Origin: the human T2T-CHM13v2.0 reference genome, Homo sapiens | Length of the DNA stretch: 64,000 nucleotides | Reading direction: 5' to 3' | Assembly (NCBI GenBank): GCA_009914755.4 | Contig: CP068257.2 | Location: forward strand, 15,392,001-15,456,000 | In this document: positions 19,976-34,268 of the stretch, piece after piece | How positions within the stretch are numbered: position 1 is the stretch's first letter | Layout of the letters: every line of letters starts with the position of its first letter | Program-made: the position numbers and the translations under genes | Notes under the pieces: generated by a model | Databases searched by the model: none | Seen by the model: only the letters and a program-made list of their open reading frames with translations | What the model was told of the DNA's origin: nothing

Positions 19976-22479
19976 AAGGAATATTGAAGAAAGTCATAGG
20001 ATGTTTGTGAAAAGAGTATAAAGTGTGTGGGAAGGACGGGAGAGAGTTGCACCTAATTGATAAAGGTTTTCTCTGAAATAAATTCAAAAACTGGTTACAA
20101 ATGTTATGAAACTTGCTTAAATAAAGAAGACTTGAGTTTGAATCTGGGTGCTTTCCATATCCTTGACTTGAGCCCTTGAGTAAAGTATAATTCTATGTAT
20201 TTAAAAAAACAATAATAATACCTGTCATACCCAATTTCCTCGGTCAGTTAAGTATTTATTATGCACTCTACTCATTTGTACATTCTAACTGAGCCTTATA
20301 ATAGGTAAGTGTGGTATGTGTATACACTCTAGATCAGAGACATCTAGTACCCCACAGATGAGTAACAACCTTCAAATATTCACCAAGAGCCTGCAGGATA
20401 ATCCAGTAGACCCTACCTTACCATAATCTGTGTCTGTATTTTGCAACTCATGATCCCTTAATCTCAACTTTGACTCTAACTCCCTTGCCTTCAAAGTCCA
20501 AATGGGCATGTTTCTCCATGTCTGTCCTTACTTTCTATCTCACCCTCTTGCCATGCACCCAAAGCTGAGGAAAGAGATTCACACCTCATCTCACTCCAAA
20601 CCACATCCCAGTTGGGGCAATAGGTACAGAGCTGCTGTGGAGTGGTCAGAAAACTACAGAATGACAGGGGCCACAGGTCCTAAAATGGTCACATCCCAGG
20701 AGCTCATTTTCTAATTGGTGACATATAAACAAATAATTATAATTTATGGATTTGACATTCATGTTTTCAAAATATATATCTAAGGAGAATGTGGATGAAG
20801 TAATTATGAATGAATTGCTTCTGAGAGGGAGGAGAGGTGTCAGGACTCCAGGTCAAGGAAGTAAAAGTGCCAAAGCACCAGGGCAAAGAACATTGTGTGT
20901 ACAAGCAACTGAATACATTCTTCTGATAAGGACAAAACAGATAATTCCTACAATTATTTTCTCCAAGTAAGTATTTGGGGAAAAAAATGGGTTGGGACAT
21001 TAGTTAGGAGATCAAATTACTGTACAGAATTACAGTAGCAGATGAGATGAATAGATCATTGACAAGATGAAAGATTACCAAATGACTTTCTTTCAGAATG
21101 CAACCAAGATTAAAAATTTAAAGACTGTTCATGGTTTTGTAATTTCTCCAGCATCACTTATTAATATAAGAATCAAAGACTAGGACAGAGGATAGGCAGG
21201 AACAATGAGGTCAGAGGCCAGATTTAATAGAGGATAATGAAAAAGATTAGTAAAAATATAGGAACTGGGGACAGGGAGAGGTTTCTTGTTTCAAATTATG
21301 TGAATATGGATGCACCTTATAGGCTCTAACACCCTGCGCAGATGGGAGGTATTGTTTTCATTATTAGTCCAATAATGTATATATGTTTTCTTAAATCACT
21401 TCGAAAACAGCTATAGGTGACAACCAGGTAAGGAAAGAACATACATAGGACATGTGCGTGCATTCCAGTTCAACAAAACCTTACAAAGTGTCTAGAATTA
21501 AGACCTACAACTTATTCTAGAGAAGCTTATTATCTACCACAGGAGACAAATATAAGCAGAGAATTCCAAACTAATATGCCAAGAACTACATAAAAAGTGA
21601 GGATATGCATTTAGTCCAATCTTCCTAGAGGAGATGATGCTGAGGAAATTTTAAAATATAGGTAGGATTTGGTCAGAAAGCTAGAAGGACATTTCAGGCA
21701 GAGGGAACTGCATGAGAAAAGGCCAGGAGACTGGCAAGAGCATTTAGCTAAGTTACTGAATCCAAGAAATACTTTGCACTATATATTCATACTGTTTATA
21801 AGATGGAGAAAAGCCTAGAAGAAGGAACATCATAAATTATTGTTCAGGACATCTTCACTTCTCTGCTTCTTCCCTCCGGGAATATAGTATATTTCACTGT
21901 CCCACTGATTTTAGGATTAGCCATATGATTAACTGTGACCTACGGAATGTTAGCAGAAGGAGTGTGAAAACATGAATTGTGCTTGCCTGATGGCTACTTG
22001 CTCTCTTTCCCCTCTGCCAGTGCACGAAGATCATGCTCTGACTAGCCCACTGCCCCAAGGAGAATGGAAAACATGGGGAAGAGTCCATCTAACCCACAGA
22101 CTTGAGGTCTGGAAGCAAACCCAGCTAAGTCTAGCCTAGATCTGCTCACCCTAAGCTGGCTGGTAGACATGTGAGTGATTTAAATGATTCATATTTTAAA
22201 CCTCCCAATGTTAGAGCAGATGTTATGCAGCAACAGCTGCCTATACGTTGCTGAACATAGCTGTCTGTTGAAGGAATACAAATATTTTTGAATTTATTAT
22301 ATTTTGCTTCACAGTATCTGCAAATTTGTTGATTACTTTTGTATTAAAGAGAATTCTACAAAATAAATCATATATATAAAATATTATTTATGAAGTGAGA
22401 ATGTCTCTAAAATTATGTGTTATATTTCCTCTTAAACAATTGTCAGTCATTAACTTTATCTTCGTTTGAATGAATTTTG

Positions 22480-22700
22480 TTGTGTATACTTAATGTATAA
22501 AACATGATGTTATGAGATACATATAGATAGTAAAATAGTTATTAGAGTGAAGCAAATTAACATTATCTCACATAAGTATTCATTTCCCCCCACCCACCCA
22601 TGGCAAGAGCAACTATAATCTAATCGCTTAGCAAAAATCCCAAATACAATACTCTATTATTAACTATAGTCCTCATTTGTACATTAGATCTTTAGGTTCA
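22480..22700 (+). mobile_element. Possible ancient L1 (L1M/L1PB-like) 3'UTR fragment.
   Basis: ...actatagtcctcatttgtacattagatctttaggttcattaactttacc resembles the L1 3'UTR motif ...ACTATAGTCACCATGCTGTACATTAGATCTCCAGAACTTATTCATC. The match is weak and short. Confidence 0.3.
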
Positions 22701-25105
22701 TTAACTTTACCTTGAGGGTTGTTTTATGTGACTGTACCGTCATTATCAATTGTCTTTGATAGCCCACAGGTGGTGAACTAAAATCTTCTTTATTCCTAAG
22801 CCTTCTTTTCAGTACATTGTTTTGGTTACTGTCTCAGGAAAAGAGAAGGCCCAGGTGGGAAGCAGAAAAAAACAAGTTTTAGCTACAGGGAGATTTGATT
22901 TAATATACTTAGACAATTATATAAAAGTCCTTACTACCGTGGCTGATGTATAGTAATAGATGATTAAGAAGTATTTAGTTCATTCTCACAGCCTCCCCTA
23001 TTCCCATTAGCCAGTTTTGGAAAATCTCCCTTTAAGGTTTTCAAGTTCATGATCATTTGCATTTTGATGATGGCCAAGGTAAATCGAGCTGTTTCTGTAT
23101 TGGTGCAATTAAGAGAAAAAAAGTCAGAACAATCCTGGCTTTTTGGATTTTGATGAAATTTTCAGTCTGTTTTGACATTTGAGTTTCTGATTTTCTGTGA
23201 TCTGTCATTTATGAGTGCTGCAATGAATAAGTGAGAGCTATTAAACAGCTGCACAATTTGGGGGACTTTTCACAGCCCAGTTGTAGGACTCAGCAGGAGA
23301 TCAGTAAGGATTAGACACAAAGAAACAGGCATTTTAATTTGAGTAATATTAACATTCACAAACTGTCATATTATGGAAATCACTGGGAGTGTGTGTGCTC
23401 TGCTATTGAAGCAAAGGCAGAAAAAACAACAAGAGGAGCTTAGAATTTGCAAGATGTCCTCAATGGCTGGAAGATGATACAGTCAGGTGAGCCTGAAAAG
23501 TGGCATTCGGGAGGAACAAATTTGGGACTGAAGGAGACACTTAGGGGAATCCCCTGAAAACTTCCGGTTCTCCAAAGCACCTTTGTCCTATTAAAAGACC
23601 TCTCTGTGAAGAGGCTGCTATATCCTGGTCCTGGGCAGTAAGCTAGCAATGTTTCTCTATTGAGGAAAGGACAGTTTGGAGACACAAGGAAGTATAAGAA
23701 ATCCATGACACCGTTCCTCACTTCAGGGATTCTCGAAACTATTTATACACACAGGAAGCTACACTGAAACAACAACTGAAGTACACATGAGGGAATACCA
23801 TGTAAGCGAACTTAATACAATCAGTATAGCTTAATCTAGCTCAAATTTCATTTTAGGATTTTGTAGCAGTAAAGTTATCAAAAATATCAAGCCAGGCTAC
23901 TTATGAATAACCCCTTGTAAGAAATCAACTTTGAGATGAGTTTTGACAAAAGCGAAGGATAAGGATTGGTGTAGACGGTGAAAAATGCGTGAACAAGAAA
24001 ATGATAATAATAAGAGCATTTCTAATAGTGCGAAGACAAAACCAGAGGGTGCAAAGAAGGAAAAAAAAAGATGTAAATGCGACAAAATCAATCTTGTGCA
24101 ACCTCACACATTGGTGATACAGGTTTAAGCTTTTGTGAGGGCCCAGTGACCACTAATCTGGTAACACCTCTGCTAAATGCAATCTCTTCTCTGCCCTGTA
24201 ACTTCTGAAATCAAAAACTCATGTACAATTCCACAGGGGAGACCCACTTAGAAGCAGAATTGAAGGTCGCCAGAGTTATATGGTAGATATGAGGTGTGGT
24301 AAGGGGTCAAAATGACAATAACTGGACTATTCTGACTGGTGAGGTGCCAATTAACGACACCCATCTTTTAATTGTAGTTTACTGGTAAGATCATCGAGAA
24401 AGGAGAGCTCATGTCTACTGTTTTGTAATATATATGAAGAGAACACTGTAAATAACCTTCTCTTAATCTCACAAAAATCCCTCTCCTCCCCACACCAGCA
24501 TGAAAAATCAGCTTCATCCCCATGCACAATAGCCACCAAAGTAAAACAAGCCTTTCTAGTTGATAACGAAAGAGAATATAGTTTGCTCCTGAACTTACCC
24601 AAAAGAAGTGCTGAAAAATTGTGAATATATAAAATTCTGATAAACCCTTTCTGTATTTCCAGTTTAATTTTATGATGATATCAGTTCTTTTGTCTTTATT
24701 TTCTATTATTGCTTACTCATCCCTCAGCATTTTGGACTTTAGGGTCTTTGTCTCTTATGAGCTGGAAAATCATCATTTGACACCTGATGCTTAAATAAAC
24801 CTGAAGAGGAGTCATTAAAGGAATCTCTCCAAAATGCTAAGACTCACTGATATATGTATCAAAGAGTGAGATTTCTAAGAATTAAACATATCCTTCTTTT
24901 CTTTATTTTATTATTACTTTCATCATTATGTTTGGGATTCTCTGATATTAGTATGTACTTATTGAAGGCAGATGCTTATATTCTTCAATATTCTTCAATC
25001 TAATGATATATGAAGCAGCAAAGTTATTAAGCATGTTCATGAAGGAGAAATACAAGCAGTGCCAAAACAGTCTTGGAAAATAGAATTGACCTTTCTAATT
25101 TTTGC

Positions 25106-26032
25106 AATCTATCCATCTGACAAAGGTCTAATATCCATAATCTACAAGGAATTTAAACAAATTTAAAAAAAACGTTAAAAACTTGGCAAAGGACATGAAT
25201 AGACACTTCTCAAAAAAGACATGGCATTTATGCAGCCAACAAACATATGAAAAAAAGCTCAACATCACTGATCATTAGAGAAATGAAAATCAAAACCACA
25301 ATGAAATACCATCTCACGCCAATCAGAATGACGATTATTAAAAAGTCAAGAAACAACAGGTGCTGGCAAAGTTGTGAAGAATTACGAATGCTTTTAAACT
25401 GTTGGTAGGAAAGAATGCAAATTAGTTCAACCATTGTGGAAGATGGCGTGGCAATTCCTCAAAGATCTAGAACCAGAAATACCATTTGACCCAGCAATCC
25501 CATTACTGGGTATATACCCAAAGGAATATAAATCATTCTATTACAAAGATACATGCACATGTCTGTTCCTTGAAGCCCTATTCACAATAGCAAAGACATA
25601 GAATCAACCCAAATGCCCATCAATGATAGACTGGATAAAGAAAATGTGGTACCTATACACCATGGAATACTATGCAGCCATAAAAAGGAATGAGATAATG
25701 TGCTTTGCAGGGACGTAGATGGAGCTTGAAGCCATTATGCCCAGCAAACTAACACAGGAACAGAAAACCAAACACCACGTGTTCTCATGTATAAGTGGGA
25801 ACTGAACAATGAGAATACATGGACACAGGAAGGAGAACAAAACACACTGGGGCCTGTCAGGAGGTGGGGTAGGGGGAGGGAGGGCATTAGGAAAAATAGG
25901 TAATGCACGCTTGGCTTAATACCTAGGTGATGGGTTGATAGGTGCAGCAAACCACCATGGCACATGTTTACCTATGTAACAAACCTGCACATTCTGTACA
26001 CGTACCTCAGAACTTAAAGTAAAATTTTTTAA
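25106..26032 (+). mobile_element. 5'-truncated LINE-1 (older L1PA/L1PB), covering the ORF2 C-terminal region and the 3'UTR, about 0.93 kb.
   Basis: atctatccatctgacaaaggtctaatatccataatctacaaggaatttaaacaaattt...ccatttgacccagcaatcccattactgggtatatacccaaagg...aaacctgcacattctgtacacgtacctcagaacttaaagtaaaa is collinear with the L1 3' 900 bp. Track ORFs 25228-25434(-) and 25735-25965(-) are spurious. Confidence 0.93.
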
Positions 26033-27954
26033 ATAACATTTTTATAGTTTAATGATTTCTGAAAATTAATAAAGCTTCTATATCCTGGAAAAAGTACCAC
26101 CTCTCATACTTCAGAGTAAAATATATTCTTAGTAAAAAAAAATCTATTACTTCAGAAAACTTAAGTAGTGAGGCTAGAAAGACAGCGATTTAGGAGAGAG
26201 GAGTCATTATTCAAGAAATTTTGCGACAGTAATCACAGAGTATCAGTGGCAAGATGTACAGTGGGATAGGAGACAGAAAGGGAATATGGCAGAGTAGAAT
26301 AAAGTCAAGAAGAAGGAATAACAAGATGAAATGACATAACAAGATGGTAACAATAACAGTATCAAATTATGATTCTGTTTTGTGGGGTGAGTTTTCCTGG
26401 CCAGACCCCTGTCCTTCCCCTAGGAACTTCTCCCACAAGTACTTCTGCCCTGACCTCACCTGCACATCACTTCTGTGTTAGGTTCCATGCATCCTGCTCT
26501 GATGATAACAATCCCTTGCCTTATGGTTTCGAGAGATCTTGGATTATTGATTAATTGGCCAGAATTTATACTCTTCAGTTAACAATCCCATATATTCTGT
26601 GAGGCCTTATGTTTCTTTCAGTCACTGCCATATAAAATTCCCTGCTCAAATCACCTCAGCCTTTTTTTTGTATTTCTTCTTTTCTTTCCCCTTTCTTTGG
26701 CCCTGAATTTCTACACACATTTCAAGCTCTATACCTTTGATTTCGCCCTTTCTCCCAAGTACAATTATTCATTTTTCACAAACCTAAATCCTCCACTACT
26801 TTCAGAGAAATGTAGAAAATACTAGCCAAATTTTCTCTGTCTCCTTGTTCAAATTCCTAGTTCAGTGGGTATACAAGCTCATGCTGACCAACCTACATTC
26901 ATGGGTCTGTTTCGCATCCCATTCATTCTGTCTTGGAGAGAAGGAAGAGAGTTCTACGTGCGTATGTGTATGTGTGTTGGGGGAGTATCCCGTCTCTACA
27001 TGGGGCTGCTATTTAGTCAAATCTCTAGGTGTGAGGTTCTCACATAGACAGGACTGTGGGCTATTAGTGTTCTTACCCATAACTCAAAACCTTTGCTTTT
27101 TATGTTTCTGTGCCTTTACACAGGGTATCAGCTCCTTGACTCTTACCTCTTTTCAGTTAGTAGAGAAACGCTTTTCCTCTAAATCAGTTTGCCACATCGG
27201 GGTAATGATGAACAAATGAATTCAGTTCTTTCTATGAAGTACCATATCCAGGATCATGTAGAATTTCCATAACGGAGGAAGGCATACATATTGTTTCTAG
27301 AGATAATACATTTTGGCTGGATATAAAAGCGCCATCAACCTTAATCTTGAAAAATTCTGGTTTGGAGCCAACGACCTTATAGTATTGTGCCTGGTTTAAT
27401 CCAACCAGGCAGTGAGACAGATTATAACCTCTCACTTGGATTTTTCTTATTTTTCAGTGAAGCTCAAATGCCTTCCAAGGAATGCTGAGCATTAACAAAT
27501 GATCAATATATATTATTATTTCCAAAAAAAGTACTTGTAAGCATCATACACATCTTTCCTTTAAGTAATATATTTTTAACTTTCTTTATGATTCTTCTAT
27601 AGGCTGGAATGCCTGTCTGCATTAGTAACAAATAGGAGGTGTTTGTCTGAACATAATTGTCAAGTCAGGCCTTCCCCACATATACTTTGAAAAGCCCAGT
27701 ATCTATTGATTTTATGTTTTGCAGCATCTTCACTTTCCTACCCCAAGCAAGTCTTCCCTCATGAGACTTGTAGAAATTTCAGTTAAACTTTTTGGTTTTA
27801 CATTGCTGTAAATGCTCGAATACGTAATATGTTACTTGTTTTCTCCCATCAAAACCTATTTTCCTGCACATCTATTAAATGTATATCAAAGCCAATTTGT
27901 TTCATTCCAAAGTTAGCTTTAAATTTAATCTTGATAAGGCACATTGTTTTTAGT

Positions 27955-28317
27955 CAAATCAGGCTGTGATAACAAAATGCCATCGATGGAATGGCTTATA
28001 AATAATGGAAATTTATTTCATTTATTTCACGCAGTTCTGGAGGCTGGAAGTCCAAGAACAGGGTACAGCGTGATTGGTTTCTGAAGAGTGGCCTCTTCTG
28101 GGTTGCAGACCTTTGCCTAACTGTTGTATTCTCACATGGTGAAAAGAGGGCTTGAAAGCTCTCTGGGGTCCTTTATATTAGGCCACTAATCCCATTAATG
28201 AGGGCTCTGCTCTCATGACCTAATTACCTCCCAAAGGCCGTAACTCTTAATATTGCATGTTGGAGGTTAGGATTTTAATATATGAATTTGGGGGAATGCA
28301 GCCCATTACATACAAAG
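27955..28317 (-). mobile_element. ERVL-MaLR-type solo LTR (MST/MLT-like family), probably reverse orientation.
   Basis: ...gctgtgataacaaaatgccatcgatggaatggcttataaataatggaaatttatttcatttatttcacgcagttctggaggctggaagtccaagaacagggt...ccactaatcccattaatgagggctctgctctcatgacctaattacctcccaaaggcc...ggttaggattttaatatatgaatttgggggaatgcagcccattaca. Read as reverse complement it has MaLR LTR architecture (TGT...gtgtccccc aaaattcatat...ccagaactgtgag...cataacagcc). Confidence 0.65.
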
Positions 28318-31300
28318 CACTTTTAGAGGAAATACCTTTTTCTCCAGGAGAATTTTCTGATTTATTTTTTAAAATTTTTAGTACTTTGATTCTCATATTT
28401 TCTCATTATTTTAATAGTGTCTATGATGTAGACTACAGCATAGTCTTCCTACCAGTTAGATGATCCTTTACATCTTATAGGTAAAATCTCAGAATTATGC
28501 TATATTGTCATAAAGGGACAATGGAGTTTTGGAGCCACTAAGGCACTCTTATGCCTTATCTAATTTAAATTGATGAGTTAGTTTCTCCTACAAATTCTCT
28601 ATGGCATACTAGAAATTACATTAAATTGTAAGTCAAACCCCAATGATTTGGCTACAATTAAGAAAGCCCACTCACACCACTAAAGTGTGTGACACAGAAT
28701 ATTGTTTCATCTTTGTGTAATTGTAAAATTGGAAAGAATCTTAGATGTCCTCCAGCCCAGAGGTTTCAATCCCTTCTCCCCAGGGACTTCAGGGGGTATA
28801 TTCTTTCCTAGGGAGGGGCTGGTGTTGAGAAGATGCAACTTTCCTCCCCTAACTCCATTTAATCAGAGGCCACTAATTCGTTCTGTTTTACAAATTGGTA
28901 CAATCTGAGTATCTTCCCCAATTCTCTGTCTCTGTTCTTCAGCATGAGAGGCTGTGTATCAGATAATATTTTTTACTCAGTTAAAGCATCTGAATCCCCA
29001 CCCTGAATGACTATAAGAAAAATCCATTTGGAATCATGTTTCTCTATCTTAGTATTTTCAAGAATTTCCAGAGGATGCTTACATATCTCACAATTGTGCT
29101 GTGGTTTTGATTTACTGTCTTATCATAGACATCTCCTCCAAACTATGACTTCTTTCAACATAACTCTATCTCAAACATGGATTCAGTGCAGTCTCAGTAC
29201 TTCTGAAAGTAAACACTGAGAATACTGTTTAACAAAACTTTACTAAAGGTTTGTGAGCCATTGAGTTTTCCAAGCCTCCCAAAGACATTCCAAGGGCATG
29301 TTAGCACCATATGTTAGTGTTCTTGACAGTGTGTTAAATGCTGTATCCTGAAAAAGCATATCCATAAATTTTCCCTTTTCTGGCTTTATTTCCCACCCCT
29401 CTTAATCTTCCATCCTGAGAATGTAATCCCAATATCCTATCCCATGTATTTTACATTCTCTTTCCAGTACATCTGAGCTAGGTCTTGTATCTCAGGTCTC
29501 CACTAGTGCAATAATACACTTAGTTATTTGGCTTAACTTTAGTTAATTGTCTTAGTGGCCAGGACATATGGTAGACACAAATGCTGAGGGGGACATCTGC
29601 TGTCTTACGCGGTAGTGCCTCTGTGTCACCTTCAAGCCAGGCTACTCTTAAAGGAGTGGTGGGCACTTCTGCAGGCTCAAAGGGTCCAGGAAATCTGAGG
29701 GGACCAGATTTTCAAATGCATCAAACAAGTGTCTTCATCCAATAACTTTGGGTCTCATTTATTGCAGCCAGGGCCCTACTCTTGTCATGGCAGACCTAAC
29801 TAGTTGGGGAATTTTACTTTCTCTGGAGGTCTGCTGTCCTTAGTTCCTGAGCCTGATCCTCAGCCTTTTCTGTCCTCCAGCTGCAAGAAATAGGAATCTC
29901 TCTTTGTGTTTCCAAAGAGTTCCTTTGGCTTTCACATTTAGCCTTTTATTGATGGTTAATCTTTTTCAGTCTTTCATTTTTGCTTCCCACAGCATTAATT
30001 GCCCCCAGCAAGTACTGTCCAATACCATTGCCCTTATAATAACTACTTGCCTCATTTACCTCTAAAGATTAATACCCCGTACCTAATATTGCATTTCCTT
30101 CTACCAGTATAGCATCCCAGTTTACCTATGATGAAAGCTTTATAATTTCCATCTTGTGTCACAGAATCTTTGTTCTCTACCTCATTGTCCACTGAATAAT
30201 GGGTGATCCAGCTTCAAAATCTCATTTAACCTCTCCATTTTCAGACCATTCTCAGATCAACTGTCAGGCCTACTTCTGTAGTAAGTAGGCTCAGATGACA
30301 TTTAGAAAATTGAGGGTTCATTAAGAAATGCTCTTGGGATCAACAACTGTGGGAGAAGGAAACAAAAGCAAATTGAGGTGGTGTGTGAAATCACAACAAG
30401 CCCTCAGCCAAATTTACAGGATGCTCTGAAGCTGGCAAATATCTTCAGAATTAAAGAAAGGGGTCAAGCCTTTAATATGCCATGATTAACCAGTCATTGG
30501 TTGCAAGCTACCACCTCTCCCACAGGGAACCCAATCCCAGAGAAGGGGTATGATCTTGAATGAGGCAGCTACTGTCCATCGAGGACAAGTTTCCAAATGG
30601 GTAGACAGCTAAGAAATTTTAACCCTCAACCTTTGGGATAACTGAGGAATAAATCCTTTAGTCTTAAAGTGGAGATCTGAGTGGCAAAGGCCGCCCTCCA
30701 TTGCAGAAGGATTAAGTACTGATGAGGACATGTCTAAAAGATGCAGGAACCAGTTTGAAAGAGGCTCACTAGTTAATTTTTGGCTAATGTAAATATCAAA
30801 AAGAATAATGATGACAGTGAGTTTTCAAATATTGAATGAGAAAATAATTTGACTAAATATATTCTGAATACGTTTAGTATATCCATCGGTGTCCTGAAAA
30901 GAAGAGTGGATGGAAGCTCTTTTTTGTAGAATAATGCCAGTTCCTTAATGTGAAATGACCAAATTAAAAGAACTAGATCATTTTCAAACATCAATGTATG
31001 AATTGATTTAGTTATCAATAGTTGCAAAAACCTTTAGCTGATAATTTGTTGAGGATCAGGATTTCACATACATTACAAAGTATCAACATACAGAATACAC
31101 ATTAATGACAAAGGGGAAGAAAACACCTTTACAATGGGGGGGTGTTGTAGATACTACCTTAACCGAGAGATCAAACTTGACATCACCAATAAGAGAAGGA
31201 AAAAAAAAAACAGACTTCATTAGCTTTCTAATTTAATGCAATGGGAAGTACATCTGTATTATTCTTGACAAAATGTTTAACTTGAGTCTGATCATAGGAA

Positions 31301-32191
31301 GCAATTTGACAAATCTGGATTGTGAGTGAGCTTGTAAGACAACCAGCCTGGATTATTTAAAAATATCAGAATCATGAAAACAAAGTGTAAAGAGACTGTC
31401 CTAAATTAAAGATGTTTTTAAAAATGACAAATATACTATGAGATCATTAATCAGATCCTGAATTGAGCATAAAAATAGCTAAAAAGAACATTGTGGGCTC
31501 AACTGAGTAAATACGAGTATAAATTATATATCAGATATTACTGTATCAATATTAAATTTTCTGAGTTCGATCATGCATTTGTGATTATATCATGGCTACC
31601 TACTAAAATACTAAAGGACCAAGTGTTGATATTACCAATGTACTTTGCAAAGAATTTCTTGAAAAAAGACATGGAGAGAGATGGCAAAGTGTTAACAACT
31701 GGTGAATTGTTAACATAAGTAAAGTTTCTACAGGTATTTATAATATTATTCTTTTAATTTTCTATTAGTTTTATTTTTTAAAAATATATATATAGGGGAA
31801 AATTCTAAAGTTAAATTTAACCCAAGTCCTAATCTAATGTCTGCAAATCTATTAATAAGATCTGTGTTCATGAACTTTAACTGTGTTTTGAATTCCGATT
31901 ACAGCCTTCTCTATACCAAGCCTTTTCTTTCTAGCATTACAAGCAAAGTGGTTTTTAAGAAAAAACACATAAAGATACCACATTTGTTTTAACTATGTTT
32001 CTATGACTCCGATCCAGGTCCTTTTTTTAACAGTTATTTTCACCCTGACGAATTCCTACAACTGTCAAAATGAAATCTCAACCTTATTTTCACTAAATGT
32101 TTTCTTTTTATATCTCTTATGTTTCAGAAGACTACTTCCATTAACTGAGACTTCTTCCATTAACTGAACTGAAAGAGGAGACTTGAACTAC

Positions 32192-32257
32192 TCTCTCTCT
32201 ATATATATATACACACATATATACGTGTGTGTATATATATATATATATATACACATA

Positions 32258-32310
<53 letters not shown>
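32192..32310. repeat. Compound (TA)n/(CA)n/(TG)n microsatellite, about 120 bp.
   Basis: ctctctctctatatatatatacacacatatatacgtgtgtgtatatatatatatatatatacacatatatatgtatatatatatatatat... read directly. Confidence 0.95.
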
Positions 32311-32312
<2 letters not shown>

Positions 32313-32327
32313 TTTTTAATAAAACTT

Positions 32328-32452
32328 TGTAGCTGGGTATGGTGGCCATGCCTGTAGTCCCAGCTGTTTGGGAGGCTGAGGTTGGAGGATTTTGAGTTTG
32401 AGTCCAGCCTGGGCAACATAGGGAAACCCCACCTCTTAAGAAAGAAAAAAAA
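32328..32452 (+). mobile_element. Alu monomer-like fragment (FLAM/left-monomer type, ~125 bp) with a short A tail.
   Basis: gtagctgggtatggtggccatgcctgtagtcccagctgtttgggaggctgaggttggaggattttgagtttgagtccagcctgggcaacatagggaaaccccacctcttaagaaagaaaaaaaaaa. Confidence 0.8.
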
Positions 32453-33879
32453 AACAGTTTTCTTTCAATTTCCTATTATGATAAATATTTTTTCCCTTCT
32501 CATTACCTCATTCCCTCAGAATCACATATCAAACCTGTTTTTGGGAAAAAATGTAAAATTGAAGTTCTATGTCAGCCAATCTTCAGAAGGATTAGGGAAA
32601 AATAGAACACAAATATATCTCAAAGTATATCCAGTAGGACCCAAATAAACTAATGCCTAGCTTAAAGAGAAGAGCTAACCCTGTGTCTTACCATTTTTCA
32701 GAGCTATGGGACAGTCATTTAAGGAATATGTCTCTCATTTCCTACATTTACAGGCTTTACTATTCTTACAGAAAAAAAAATCAAAATAATATAAACACAT
32801 TCATAAAGCTTCAACCTCATAGATATGTATGCAATCTTGGAAGCATCTTCTCTTAACTTCAGGTTTTCAATTATTTCAAAAGTGAACATTTACCTTCTCC
32901 AGTGCAGTTTCTGAAACAACAGCTCTTCAATAGAACTCAAGTAGATTTTAACAGTATGTATTCCTTTGGTTGTTTTTTCCTTTGCTTTCTCTCATCTCTC
33001 AAATGTCTTAGTACCTATAGACTCATATATTAAAATATATGCACATAATTATAAACCTTTAAAATGTACTTTTATAAAGGCACTCCTAGCACAATGCATA
33101 AAACAGGTGAGCTATTTTTAATTTCATCATGGGAAATATGGGAAGTTAACGTAGAAGGAGATAAAAAGGATCCCAAGTCATTGTTTTTTATTGGAAAAAC
33201 ACACTAGGTGTTTTGTAAGGAGAGAAAAATCTCTAGAGCATTGAATTGCAACAGAACCTTTACGTAAAGCAGTTTTATTTGAAATATATTGTTCCAGACA
33301 GCAGTGAAAAAAAGAAACCAGTTTTAATCTAAAATGCTTCCAGGCTCAGTCTCCTCTGGCCAATTAATTTGATTTCAGCAATGTTCTGGTTGCCTCTGCT
33401 TAGCAATAGCTATTAAATATAGTGCTGTGCCTTTTGGAAAACTTTTACTTTACATAAGAGCCAAAAGGTAAATCTGTGGAAAATTGGACTAGGAAGTGAA
33501 ATATGATTTTGAAATGGAAACATATATTAGCTCAAACTCTGATAAATGAGGGTCATTTTGAAAAAATATAGGTGACAACAAGTGCCAGTCAGCATCCATC
33601 AGCCATCAGTCACATTTTGACAAAGACTAGGCAAGCCTCATTTACCTATCTACTTAGCTACCTAGGTTTTCAAATATTTCTTTTTTATTTTATTCAAGTT
33701 TGGGGAAGAGATGCCAACATTTTCTGATAACATTAGGATTAACTTCAGTGAGTATTGATTGGAATGTACCAGAATAGGCACTCATATAAAAATGATTAAG
33801 ACACATATAAGATAGTACATGCCCTTTGGGCAATCTAATGTGTAAAATTAGGGAAATCTTATAATACAAGAAGAAATAA

Positions 33880-34268
33880 AGTGTATTATTCCGTTCTCAC
33901 ATTGCTATAAGGAAATACCTGAGACTGGGTTATTTATAAAGGAAAGAGATTTAATTGACTCACAGTTCCACGTGGCTGGGAAGGCTTCAGGAAACTTAAC
34001 AATCCTGGTAGAAGGCGAAGGGAAAGAAAGGCACCCTCTTCACAGGGCGGCAGGAAGCGGAAGTGCCAAGCAAAGGGGGAAAAGCCCTTTATATAAACTC
34101 TCAGATCTCCTGAGAACTCACTCATTATCATGAGAATAGCATGGGGGTAATTGCCCCCATGATTCATTTACCTCCCATCAGGTCCCTCCCACGACACATG
34201 GGGATTGTGGGAACTGCAATTCAACATGAGATTTGGTGGGGGGATACGGACAAACCATATCATAAGGT
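33880..34268 (-). mobile_element. ERVL-MaLR solo LTR, THE1/MST-like, reverse orientation.
   Basis: gtgtattattccgttctcacattgctataaggaaatacctgagactgggttatttataaaggaaagagatttaattgactcacagttccacgtggctgggaaggcttcaggaaacttaacaatcctggtagaaggcgaaggg...catgagatttggtggggggatacggacaaaccatatcataa is the reverse complement of the THE1/MST consensus. Confidence 0.85.

Noticed and set aside
20000-24600. Apparently unique 4.6-kb stretch that might hide an exon.
   Set aside because: No ORF over 93 aa. The track ORFs lack any recognisable motif, and sequence composition is uniformly AT-rich. Without conservation or RNA evidence there is nothing to support an exon call.
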